Of a DNA stretch of 24,000 nt, positions 16,603 to 24,000 are shown in pieces. The first letter of the stretch is position 1. Each line of letters starts with the position of its first letter. The DNA is taken from positions 498,082 through 522,081 of the forward strand of contig JAVJWR010000033.1 of NCBI GenBank assembly GCA_040221975.1. The letters run 5' to 3'. The notes under the pieces were generated by a model. The model did not search any database. It worked only from the letters and a program-made list of their open reading frames with translations, and had not been told where the DNA came from. The stretch comes from Haliea sp. (GTDB lineage: Bacteria > Pseudomonadota > Gammaproteobacteria > Pseudomonadales > Halieaceae). The translations under genes and the position numbers were made by a program.

Positions 16603-19080
16603 ATGCTGAAAAAATACCGCTTCAATCCCGGAAAAGCTGTATTGACAGTATCGCTGCCATTGATTGGCGCCTTGCTGACAGGTCAGATCGCCAGCATGAA
16701 TTCGGCACATGCGGATTCCGGTCAAATAGTCGAGATTATTCGCGACACCTATGGAGTTCCCCATATTTTTGCCGATACAACCTATTCACTGTTTTTCGGC
16801 TATGGATATGCCATCGCTCAGGACCGTCTATTCCAACTGGAGATGACCCGGCGCAGCACTCAGGGACGGGTCGCGGAGGTGTTGGGCGAAGCCTACCTGG
16901 ACTTTGATATAGGTATCCGTCAGCACTATTCCCCCGACAACATTCGGATGCAAATGGCTAGACTGCCGCAGGAGGATCTGGATATTCTCAAGGGCTATGC
17001 CGACGGTATCAATCACTGGCTACAGTGCATAAAGAACGATCCAGGCCAGCGGATGCCAAAGCAGTTTATTGATTATCAAATCACTCCCCAGCCCTGGAGC
17101 TCGTTCGATGTTGCCATGGTATTTATCGGCTCCATGATCAATCGCTTCGGCGATTACAACACTGAACTGCAAAACCAGCAGCTACTCGAGCAACTCACAG
17201 AGCGACATGGCAAGGAAGCTGGGCTGTCCCTGTTTAACACCTTGGTCAACTTCTATGATGCCGATGCTCCTACCACCATACCCAAAGGTGCGTGGGATAC
17301 ACGCCTGCGCAGTGACGCCTTTTCCAAACTGAGCACTGACAAGAGCCCCATCAGCAAAAGCTCAGCGAAGCTGTTGGCGGGACTGGAAGGTACATTACAG
17401 CTGCCGAATGTACAGGAGCACCCGTTCAGCAACGTGTTCTTGCTGGGTGCCGCGAAGAGTCGCGATGCGCAAGCAATCCTGGTCAACGGGCCTCAGTTCG
17501 GCTTCTACCAACCCGCCTATACCTACTCGGTTGGTCTGCACGGCGCGGGATTCAATGCCGTGGGAAACAGCCCGTTCGGTTACCCGATGGTTCAGTTTGG
17601 TTACAATGAACATATCACCTGGGGAAGCACCTGGGCCGCGACCGACAATGTTGACATTTTCCAGCTGCAGCTCAATCCGGACAATCCAGCCGAGTACCTG
17701 CATCAGGGGAGATACCACCCCTTGCAGCGCAAGCTGGAAACCATCCATGTCAAAGGAGCAGATAGCCACGATCTTGTGATCTATCGTTCACACTATGGCG
17801 CCATTGTGGACTACCGTCCTGAAGAACATGTTGCCTATGCCAAGACCCGTGGCTGGGAGGGCGAGGAAATCAATACCCTGATGGCCTGGAACAAGCTTGG
17901 CAAAGCCCGCAACCACCAGCAATGGCTGGATCGTGTACAACCATCCGCCATCAACGTGAACTGGTACTATGCCGACGCTAAAGGAAATATCGGCTACGTG
18001 ATGGGTGGCCGCTATCCGCAACGGGCAGCCGGTCATGATGGGCGCACTCCTGTACCGGGAACAGGTGAGTATGACTGGCAGGGATTCATGCCTTTTGACA
18101 CCAATCCACAGATTTTCAACCCATCTACAGGCTACATCGCCAACTGGAACCAGCGCCCGGCCGAAGGGGTTCCCAATCCGGATATGTGGTGGTATGCCTG
18201 GCACGAGGCTGACCGGATCTCTTCCCTATCTTCGCGCCTGGAAGCTCGAGAAAAAATGACAGCGGAAGAGGCGTGGGATCTGATGATGGAGGTATCCTTC
18301 GAAGATCCCAATGCACGTTTCTATGTGCCACGCCTGATTCGGGCGCTCGAGACCACCGAACAATCGCCCATGAGACAAGCTCGAGACATTCTGGCCAGCT
18401 GGAATTATCTGGATCTCGATGACGACAGGAATGGGTATTATGATCACCCTGCGACAGCCATTTTCCGTCACTGGCAATATCAGTTGATCGAGTTGATACT
18501 GAAGGACTACCTCCCTGAAGAATTTGTATCCTGGTTCATCAGTACCGGTCATCCACAACCCGGAGAAGGGTCGTCCAGCCATAATCTCTCGGTGGCCGGG
18601 AAAGTAATCCATCGGATGCTGGCAAAGCATGACAAGGGAGAAGTTCTTGACTTTGACCTTTTGCAGGGACGTGATCCGGATGATCTGATGCGTGAGGCAA
18701 TGGCGCGTACACTTGCACAGCTGAGCGAAGATCAAGGTACCGATATGGCAAGCTGGCATCACCCAGTTTCCCATACCATTTATTCCTACAAGAACTTCCT
18801 CCAGATACCTCAGGCAGGCGAGGATGAAACAATGCTCAATCATCTTGCGATGAATCGTGGCACGGAAAACAACATGACCGTTTTCTCAGCGGATGGAGTC
18901 ATCGGTTACGAGGTGGCGGGCCCCGGCCAATCCGGCTTCATTGCAGCGGATGGAACCCGCTCTCCACATTATGACGATCAGCTGGAGCTTTTTGGGAAGC
19001 TCGACAAGAAACGCACCTGGTTGAACCGCAGTGATATCGAACAGGCGGCCCGGTCCCGCATCCAACTGCAACTGAAGTAG
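16603..19080 (+). CDS. pac: Penicillin G acylase (Ntn-hydrolase, penicillin amidase family) precursor
   Basis: 825 aa. It has a Sec-like signal peptide ending in SAHA. Long collinear matches to E. coli PGA as I recall it include HIFADTTYSLFFGYGYAIAQDRLFQLEMTRRSTQGRVAEVLG, FDVAMVFIGSMINRF, the autoprocessing site and beta-Ser1 nucleophile F|SNVFLLG (Ser codon 17428-17430), ILVNGPQFG, INWYYAD..GNIGY, GYIANWN and NRGTEN...GPGQSGF. GAGAGGAA precedes the ATG. Confidence 0.93.
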   Translation: MLKKYRFNPGKAVLTVSLPLIGALLTGQIASMNSAHADSGQIVEIIRDTYGVPHIFADTTYSLFFGYGYAIAQDRLFQLEMTRRSTQGRVAEVLGEAYLDFDIGIRQHYSPDNIRMQMARLPQEDLDILKGYADGINHWLQCIKNDPGQRMPKQFIDYQITPQPWSSFDVAMVFIGSMINRFGDYNTELQNQQLLEQLTERHGKEAGLSLFNTLVNFYDADAPTTIPKGAWDTRLRSDAFSKLSTDKSPISKSSAKLLAGLEGTLQLPNVQEHPFSNVFLLGAAKSRDAQAILVNGPQFGFYQPAYTYSVGLHGAGFNAVGNSPFGYPMVQFGYNEHITWGSTWAATDNVDIFQLQLNPDNPAEYLHQGRYHPLQRKLETIHVKGADSHDLVIYRSHYGAIVDYRPEEHVAYAKTRGWEGEEINTLMAWNKLGKARNHQQWLDRVQPSAINVNWYYADAKGNIGYVMGGRYPQRAAGHDGRTPVPGTGEYDWQGFMPFDTNPQIFNPSTGYIANWNQRPAEGVPNPDMWWYAWHEADRISSLSSRLEAREKMTAEEAWDLMMEVSFEDPNARFYVPRLIRALETTEQSPMRQARDILASWNYLDLDDDRNGYYDHPATAIFRHWQYQLIELILKDYLPEEFVSWFISTGHPQPGEGSSSHNLSVAGKVIHRMLAKHDKGEVLDFDLLQGRDPDDLMREAMARTLAQLSEDQGTDMASWHHPVSHTIYSYKNFLQIPQAGEDETMLNHLAMNRGTENNMTVFSADGVIGYEVAGPGQSGFIAADGTRSPHYDDQLELFGKLDKKRTWLNRSDIEQAARSRIQLQLK

Positions 19081-19164
19081 CCCCCAGTCATTCGAAGTGC
19101 GAAAAGCTGGAGTTTAGGATCAACCCATCTGTTGCAACAGTACATTGAATTCGTGGGAGAACAC

Positions 19165-21264
19165 ATGAACGATACCGCAGTAAAGTACGAGCTTAGTCGC
19201 AGCCTGGGCATCATCCGCATCGATAACCCGCCGGTGAATGCATTGTCACACAAGGTGCGCGCGGGCATCATGCAATCACTGGAGCAGGCCCGCACCGACG
19301 ACAGTCAACTGCTGCTGATTCTCTGCGCAGGCAGGACCTTTATCGCGGGCGCCGACATTACCGAGTTCGGCAAGCCGCCCCAAGCGCCCAGCCTGCCCGA
19401 TGTCATCATCGCCCTGGAAAATTTCTCCAAACCGGTGGCAGTGGCTCTGCACGGCACCGCCCTGGGTGGCGGCCTAGAGCTGGCGATGGCCTGCCACTAC
19501 CGCGCAGCCCTCCCCGGCACCCGGCTGGGGCTGCCGGAAGTCAAGCTGGGTCTCCTGCCCGGTGCCGGCGGCACCCAGCGCCTGCCGCGGCTGGTCGGCC
19601 CCGAGCTGGCGCTGGAGATGATCAGCGGCGGCGCGCCGATCAGCGCCAAAAAGGCCCTGGAGTCGGGCCTGGTTGACCAGATTCTGGACGGCGAACTGGA
19701 GCCCGCGGCAATCCGCTGGGCACAAACCCTGCTGGCGGAATCAGCGCCGGTGCGGCCCACGGGCGAGCGCCCTGTCCCCACACCTGCCCAGGCCGATTTT
19801 CTGGACCGCCATTTACAAAAAACCGCGCGCAAACACCGCGGCCAGCCGGCGCCGGGCTATATCGCCGAACTGGTGAAACTGTCGCTGAGCGCCAGCCTGG
19901 AAGACGGTCTCAAGCGCGAGCGGGAATGCTTCCTGGCCTGCAAGGCCTCGCCACAGTCCGCGGCCCTGCGCCACGTATTCTTTGCCGAGCGCGCGACCGG
20001 CAAGCTGCCCGACATCCCGGCGGACACCCCCCTGCGCCCGACCCGGCGCGTGGCGGTGATCGGTGCCGGCACCATGGGCGGCGGGATCGCCATGTGTTTT
20101 GCCAGCGCGGGCATTCCCGTCACCCTGGTGGAAACAACCCGGGAGTACCTGGACAAGGGGCTGGAAAAAATTCGCCAGAACTACGCCAATTCAGTGAAGC
20201 GCGGTCGCTTCACGGCCGAGGCGGTGGCGGGCTGGCTGGACAACATACAGGGTACGCTGGATTACGACGACCTCGCGGATGTGGACCTGGTGATCGAGGC
20301 GGTCTTCGAAAACATGGCGGTAAAGCAGGAGGTATTCGGCAAGCTTGACGCGGCCTGCAAGCCGGGCTGCATCCTCGCAACCAACACCTCCTATCTCGAC
20401 GTCAACGCCATTGCCGCCGCCACCAGCCGCCCCGCGGACGTTATCGGCGCGCACTTTTTCAGTCCCGCCAATGTCATGAAACTGCTGGAGGTCGTGCGCG
20501 CGGAAAAAACCGCGCCCGATGTGGTGCAGACGTTCATGAAGCTGGCTCGCACCATCGGCAAGATACCGGTCGCGGTGGGGGTCTGCCATGGCTTTGTCGG
20601 CAACCGCATGCTGCGGGCCTATGCGCGGCAGGCGCAGCTGCTGCTGCTGGAAGGTGCGACGCCGACACAGATTGATCAGGCCATGGAAAACTGGGGCATG
20701 GCCATGGGCCCGCTGGCGGTTGGCGACCTTGCCGGACTCGACATCGGCTACCGCTCGCGCCGCGACCAGGGCATCGAGTCGCGCTCGGTGCTGGAGTCCG
20801 CACTGGCGGACACCCTGGTGGAGATGGACCGCCTGGGGCAAAAGTCCGGCGCCGGCTATTACCGCTACGACCCCGACACCCGGGCCCGCCAGGCCGACCC
20901 GGAAGTCGAACAGCTGCTGCGTGACATCGCAGCCGAGTGGCAAGTGCCGCAGCGGGAAATCGGCGAAGAAGAGATTGTCGACCGGCTGATTCTCGCCCTG
21001 GTCAATGAGGGCGCCGCCATTCTCCAGGAGGGCATCGCGGCGCGGCCCAGCGATGTCGATATTGTCTATATCAACGGCTACGGCTTCCCCAGCTGGCGCG
21101 GTGGACCCATGTTCCATGCCGACAGCCTCGGACTGGACGCCGTGATTGCCCGGCTGCGGGAATTGCGCGAACTCACCGGGGACGAGAGTTGGGAGCCGGC
21201 GCCGCTGCTGCAGGAACTGGCGGTCGCGGGCGACAGCCTGGGCTCGCTCAACAGCCGCGGCTGA
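19165..21264 (+). CDS. Fused enoyl-CoA hydratase (N-terminal crotonase) / 3-hydroxyacyl-CoA dehydrogenase (C-terminal), FadB/FadJ-like
   Basis: The track start is TTG at 19132. ATG at 19165 has GGGAGA upstream and gives 699 aa. The crotonase part carries NPPVNAL, FIAGADITEFG and HGTALGGGLELAMACH. The dehydrogenase part carries the Rossmann motif VAVIGAGTMGGGIA and the HADH region HFFSPANVMKLLEV. Confidence 0.9.
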   Translation: MNDTAVKYELSRSLGIIRIDNPPVNALSHKVRAGIMQSLEQARTDDSQLLLILCAGRTFIAGADITEFGKPPQAPSLPDVIIALENFSKPVAVALHGTALGGGLELAMACHYRAALPGTRLGLPEVKLGLLPGAGGTQRLPRLVGPELALEMISGGAPISAKKALESGLVDQILDGELEPAAIRWAQTLLAESAPVRPTGERPVPTPAQADFLDRHLQKTARKHRGQPAPGYIAELVKLSLSASLEDGLKRERECFLACKASPQSAALRHVFFAERATGKLPDIPADTPLRPTRRVAVIGAGTMGGGIAMCFASAGIPVTLVETTREYLDKGLEKIRQNYANSVKRGRFTAEAVAGWLDNIQGTLDYDDLADVDLVIEAVFENMAVKQEVFGKLDAACKPGCILATNTSYLDVNAIAAATSRPADVIGAHFFSPANVMKLLEVVRAEKTAPDVVQTFMKLARTIGKIPVAVGVCHGFVGNRMLRAYARQAQLLLLEGATPTQIDQAMENWGMAMGPLAVGDLAGLDIGYRSRRDQGIESRSVLESALADTLVEMDRLGQKSGAGYYRYDPDTRARQADPEVEQLLRDIAAEWQVPQREIGEEEIVDRLILALVNEGAAILQEGIAARPSDVDIVYINGYGFPSWRGGPMFHADSLGLDAVIARLRELRELTGDESWEPAPLLQELAVAGDSLGSLNSRG

Positions 21265-21272
21265 GCCCCGGA

Positions 21273-21292
21273 GCGCCGCGCATCAGCGGCGC
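21273..21292. terminator. GC-rich hairpin between convergent fadB-like and paaK genes (GCGCCGC-gcatca-GCGGCGC)
   Basis: A perfect 7-bp stem with a 6-nt loop. The loop contains the paaK stop codon (complement of 21283-21285), and the 3' arm is followed by TTGT on the plus strand. The U-tract is weak, so function as an intrinsic terminator is uncertain. Confidence 0.3.
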
Positions 21293-22581
21293 TTGTCGAA
21301 TACGCGCTTGGCCTTGCCCTCGGAGCGGGGAATCACGCCGGGGGCATGCGGCTTCACTGCGGTGGATATCCCGATCATGGACTTGATGCGATGCTGCAGG
21401 GCCTGGGCCGCGCGCTGCATGTCACTCGCGGAGGATTCGCTGGCCATTTCCACGTGCACTTCCATCGCGTCCAGATGCCCATCCTTGGTGACTTCGATAA
21501 AGTAGTGCGGCGCAAGGCCTTCCACCGCCAGCAGCTGCTCCTCGATCTGGGTCGGGAACACGTTGACGCCGCGGATGATCAGCATGTCATCGCTGCGCCC
21601 GGTGATCCTGGCCATGCGACGCATGGTGCGGGCGGTACCGGGCAACAGGCGCGTAAGGTCCCGGGTGCGATAACGGATGACCGGCATGGCTTCCTTGGTC
21701 AGGCTGGTGAACACCAGTTCCCCCTCCTCGCCGTCCGGCAGCACTTCACCGGTATCGGGGTTGATGATTTCGGGGTAGAAATGATCCTCCCAGATGGTCG
21801 GCCCATCCTTGCTTTCCAGGCACTCCTGGGCGACGCCGGGACCCATTACCTCGGAGAGGCCATAAATATCCACCGCATCGAGGTTGAGCCGCTGCTCCAT
21901 CTCCCGGCGCATGGCATCAGTCCAGGGCTCGGCGCCGAAAATGCCCGCGCGCAGTGACAACTTGCGGGTATCCACATTCTGCCGATCCATCTCGTCGGCG
22001 ATATTCATCATGTAACTGGGCGTGACCATGATGATGTCCGGATCGAAATCGACAATCAGCTGGACCTGCTTCTCGGTCTGGCCACCGGACATCGGTATGA
22101 CGGTGCAGCCGAGCCGCTCGGCGCCGTAGTGAGCACCGAGCCCGCCGGTGAACAGGCCATAGCCGTAAGACACGTGAACCTTGTCGGCGGCACGACCGCC
22201 GGCGGCACGAATGGAACGGGCCACTACGTCCGCCCACACATCGATATCGCCCTGGGTATAGCCTACGACCGTCGGCTTGCCGGTGGTCCCGCTGGAAGCG
22301 TGAACGCGCACCACCTTGTCCATGGGTACGGCGAACATGCCGAACGGATAATTGTCGCGCAGGTCGCTCTTGCTGGTAAAAGGAAATTTCGCCAGATCTT
22401 CCAGTGCCTGCAGGTCGTCGGGATGAACACCGTGCTCGTCGAACTTCGCCCGGTACACCGGGGAGTGCTCGTAGGCGTGCTGGAGCGACTGGCGCAGGCG
22501 CTGCAGCTGCAGGCTGCGCAGCTCGTCGAGACTCGCTTTTTCAATGGGATGCAGTGGATCGAGACAGGGACTTTGACTCAT
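21283..22581 (-). CDS. paaK: Phenylacetate-CoA ligase
   Basis: The track start is GTG at 22605. ATG at 22581 (GGAG upstream) gives 432 aa starting MSQSPCLDPLHPIEKASLDELRSLQLQRL..., matching the E. coli PaaK N-terminus as I recall it. The AMP-binding motif SSGTTGKPTVV is present. Confidence 0.93.
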   Translation of the reverse strand: MSQSPCLDPLHPIEKASLDELRSLQLQRLRQSLQHAYEHSPVYRAKFDEHGVHPDDLQALEDLAKFPFTSKSDLRDNYPFGMFAVPMDKVVRVHASSGTTGKPTVVGYTQGDIDVWADVVARSIRAAGGRAADKVHVSYGYGLFTGGLGAHYGAERLGCTVIPMSGGQTEKQVQLIVDFDPDIIMVTPSYMMNIADEMDRQNVDTRKLSLRAGIFGAEPWTDAMRREMEQRLNLDAVDIYGLSEVMGPGVAQECLESKDGPTIWEDHFYPEIINPDTGEVLPDGEEGELVFTSLTKEAMPVIRYRTRDLTRLLPGTARTMRRMARITGRSDDMLIIRGVNVFPTQIEEQLLAVEGLAPHYFIEVTKDGHLDAMEVHVEMASESSASDMQRAAQALQHRIKSMIGISTAVKPHAPGVIPRSEGKAKRVFDKRR

Positions 22582-22625
22582 GGGGACTCCGTGGTGGCAG
22601 GTCACGCGGATTATTGTGGCCGCAA

Positions 22626-22668
22626 ATATAATACGTATTTGGCTGCCTCATCAATATTTATGTATCAT
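22626..22668. promoter_or_regulatory. Overlapping divergent candidate promoters for paaK (minus: TTGATG-N17-TTATAT) and paaX (plus: TTGGCT-N18-TATCAT)
   Basis: On the minus strand the -35 is the complement of 22649-22654 and the -10 the complement of 22626-22631. On the plus strand the -35 is 22639-22644 and the -10 is 22663-22668. The paaK -35 therefore lies inside the paaX spacer. Confidence 0.3.
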
Positions 22669-22778
22669 TTTTGTCCGCGTGCCGGTGCTGGGTTATCCGC
22701 GACAGGCGCTGTATCATGCCGCCTCCGGCTGCCGGGTCTGGGCGGCCGGTTCCGCAATTGAAGCTGAGAGGTAGACCC

Positions 22779-23708
22779 GTGGCACATCCGCCGGCCGTCA
22801 GGCGCCTGCTGGACACGTTCAGGACTCGCAAACCGATGCGCAGCACGTCGCTGATCATCACCCTGTTTGGCGATACCGTATCCCAGCACGGGCACACCCT
22901 CTGGCTGGGAAGCCTGGTGCATGCGCTGGCGCCTCTGGGCGTGAACGAGCGGCTGGTGCGGACTTCCGTGTTTCGCCTGGTCAGGGAGGGCTGGCTGGAG
23001 GCCGAGCGGGTCGGGCGTCGCAGCTATTATCGCTTCACTGCCCATGGCAACGCCGAGTATGAACGTGCCGCCCGGCGCATTTACGCGACCGAGGACACCA
23101 GCTGGGAGGGACACTGGCAAATCCTCATTCCCCTTGCCATTGCCGAATCCGATCGCGACGATTTTCGCCGCAGCCTTAACTGGCAGGGTTTCCGCGCGAT
23201 AGCGCCCGGCACCCTGGCCAAGCCCGGCAGCCCGGGCCAGGCCCTGCGGGAAACCCTCGAGGAATTCGACGCCAGTGACAAGGTGCTGCTGTTCGACGCC
23301 ACCAGTTCCACCCTGGGCTCGGCCAGGCGCCTGCGACAACTGGTCCACGAAAGCTGGCAACTCGACGCCACCGCGGCAGCCTACCGTGCTTTCCTGGACA
23401 ACTTCAGGCCCCTGCAACGCTGGGTGTCGCGACAACGGCAACTGGAACCCGAAGCGGCTTTCATCGTGCGTACCTTGCTGATTCACGACTTTCGCCGGGT
23501 CCTGCTGCACGACACCCCGCTGCCGGAGGAACTGTTGCCGCCCGGCTGGCCCGGCGCCGAAGCCCTGGCCCTCACCGGCAGCTTGTATCAGGAGCTGGCC
23601 GCGGCTTCCACCGTATACATCACCGACAACCTGGAGGGCGGGAACGGACCCTTGCCCGCGGCTGGCGCCAGCTTCAGCGCCCGCTTCCCCAACCTCAGGC
23701 GCGGCTGA
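22779..23708 (+). CDS. paaX: Phenylacetyl-CoA-responsive transcriptional repressor PaaX
   Basis: The N-terminal winged-helix region LLDTF...TSLIITLFGD...LWLGSL...ERLVRTSVFRL..EGWLE..R.GRRSYY resembles E. coli PaaX as I recall it. The start is uncertain. The track uses TTG at 22671. I prefer GTG at 22779 (GAGAGG 7 nt upstream; 309 aa, near the E. coli length). ATG at 22716 or 22836 are alternatives. Confidence 0.85.
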   Translation: MAHPPAVRRLLDTFRTRKPMRSTSLIITLFGDTVSQHGHTLWLGSLVHALAPLGVNERLVRTSVFRLVREGWLEAERVGRRSYYRFTAHGNAEYERAARRIYATEDTSWEGHWQILIPLAIAESDRDDFRRSLNWQGFRAIAPGTLAKPGSPGQALRETLEEFDASDKVLLFDATSSTLGSARRLRQLVHESWQLDATAAAYRAFLDNFRPLQRWVSRQRQLEPEAAFIVRTLLIHDFRRVLLHDTPLPEELLPPGWPGAEALALTGSLYQELAAASTVYITDNLEGGNGPLPAAGASFSARFPNLRRG

Positions 23709-23710
23709 GC

Positions 23711-23738
23711 CAAATCGCTCACAGAGTGAGCTTCTACA
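23711..23738. repeat. REP-like repeat copy 1 (CAAATCGCTCACAGAGTGAGCTTCTACA), containing hairpin GCTCAC-aga-GTGAGC directly after the paaX stop
   Basis: It matches copy 2 at 23 of 28 positions. It is followed by GTAGGAGCGCAGtccCTGCGCGATCG (hairpin 23753-23767), which resembles REP-type extragenic palindromes of Pseudomonas-like genomes. Confidence 0.5.
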
Positions 23739-23836
23739 ATGGCCGGGTAGGAGCGCAGTCCCTGCGCGATCGCCCGCAGACAAGGTGAATGGCCGTGCAG
23801 CGGACAGAGAAGGTGGCCTGGGCCAGCGGGCTCCCA

Positions 23837-23864
23837 CAAATCGCTCACGGGGTGGGTTTCCACA
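23837..23864. repeat. REP-like repeat copy 2 (CAAATCGCTCACGGGGTGGGTTTCCACA)
   Basis: A direct repeat of copy 1, 126 bp downstream. The adjacent minus-strand sequence reads GTGGGAGCCCGCTGGCC, the inverted counterpart of the GTAGGAGCGCAG element after copy 1. It overlaps the stop of the partial minus-strand CDS. Confidence 0.5.
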
Positions 23865-24000
23865 GGGGTGCCAGCAACCGGCGCTTGCCATCGTGACTGA
23901 GAGCGATACCGGGCTCATCCAGATCCTTGCGGTCCCAGAGTTCGCAGGTGACCTGCTTGTGTTTCTGGTCCAGGCCCTCGCAGTAATTGCTGTAGCGGCA
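23845..24000 (-). CDS. 3' end of an unidentified CDS continuing beyond the window (Cys-containing C-terminus ...CRYSNYCEGLDQKHKQVTCELWDRKDLDEPGIALSHDGKRRLLAPLWKPTP*)
   Basis: The frame is open from 24000 down to TGA (complement of 23845-23847), with GC-rich third positions like neighbouring genes. It is absent from the ORF track because no start codon lies inside the window. No family was recognised. Confidence 0.4.
   Translation of the reverse strand, partial: CRYSNYCEGLDQKHKQVTCELWDRKDLDEPGIALSHDGKRRLLAPLWKPTP

Noticed and set aside
18226-18843. 205-aa minus-strand ORF inside the pac gene, and other 60-140 aa ORFs between 16828 and 19295
   Set aside because: They are antisense to or out of frame with the strongly supported acylase CDS.
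10000-19200. Mobile-element hallmarks (transposase, integrase, inverted or direct terminal repeats, tRNA target) at the borders of the low-GC block
   Set aside because: No such coding sequence or flanking repeat was found by eye. Horizontal origin rests on composition only and is reported as a hypothesis, not as a mobile_element feature.
20191-21117. 308-aa minus-strand ORF
   Set aside because: Antisense to the well-supported fadB-like CDS and a typical high-GC shadow ORF.
21346-22761. Plus-strand ORFs of 203 and 210 aa
   Set aside because: They are antisense to paaK. The second runs into the intergenic region without an RBS.
22665-23918. 417-aa minus-strand ORF, the longest unassigned ORF in the track
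   Set aside because: It lies entirely antisense to paaX and the REP region. Its composition is Arg/Gly/Ala/Pro-rich and low in complexity, as expected for an antisense frame in high-GC DNA. No motif was recognised, whereas the sense strand has clear PaaX homology.

Overview
High-GC proteobacterial chromosome segment; the taxon cannot be determined from the sequence alone. It is dominated by a phenylacetate (paa) catabolon. The left edge holds the 3' part of a PQQ quinoprotein dehydrogenase (+). Next comes a tightly packed nine-gene minus-strand operon, paaZ-G-I-J-A-B-C-D-E, running from 10023 down to 1815. The right side holds a FadB-like enoyl-CoA hydratase/3-hydroxyacyl-CoA dehydrogenase fusion (+), the paaK ligase (-), the paaX repressor (+), REP-like repeats and the tail of an unidentified minus-strand CDS. 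Between paaZ and the fadB-like gene lies a roughly 9 kb block (about 10.0-19.2 kb) of visibly lower GC. It encodes a signal-peptide-bearing amidase-signature amidase (+), a TonB-dependent outer-membrane receptor (-), a DUF485 protein with an ActP-family Na+/solute symporter (+), and a clear penicillin G acylase orthologue (+). My main hypothesis is that this block is an acquired, envelope-spanning module for scavenging phenylacetyl conjugates, feeding phenylacetate into the PaaX-controlled pathway. No CRISPR arrays, rRNA/tRNA genes, transposases or integrases were seen. Many long ORFs in the track are antisense artefacts of high GC and are rejected. All homology statements rest on recognising motifs and remembered reference sequences by eye, and no database search was run.
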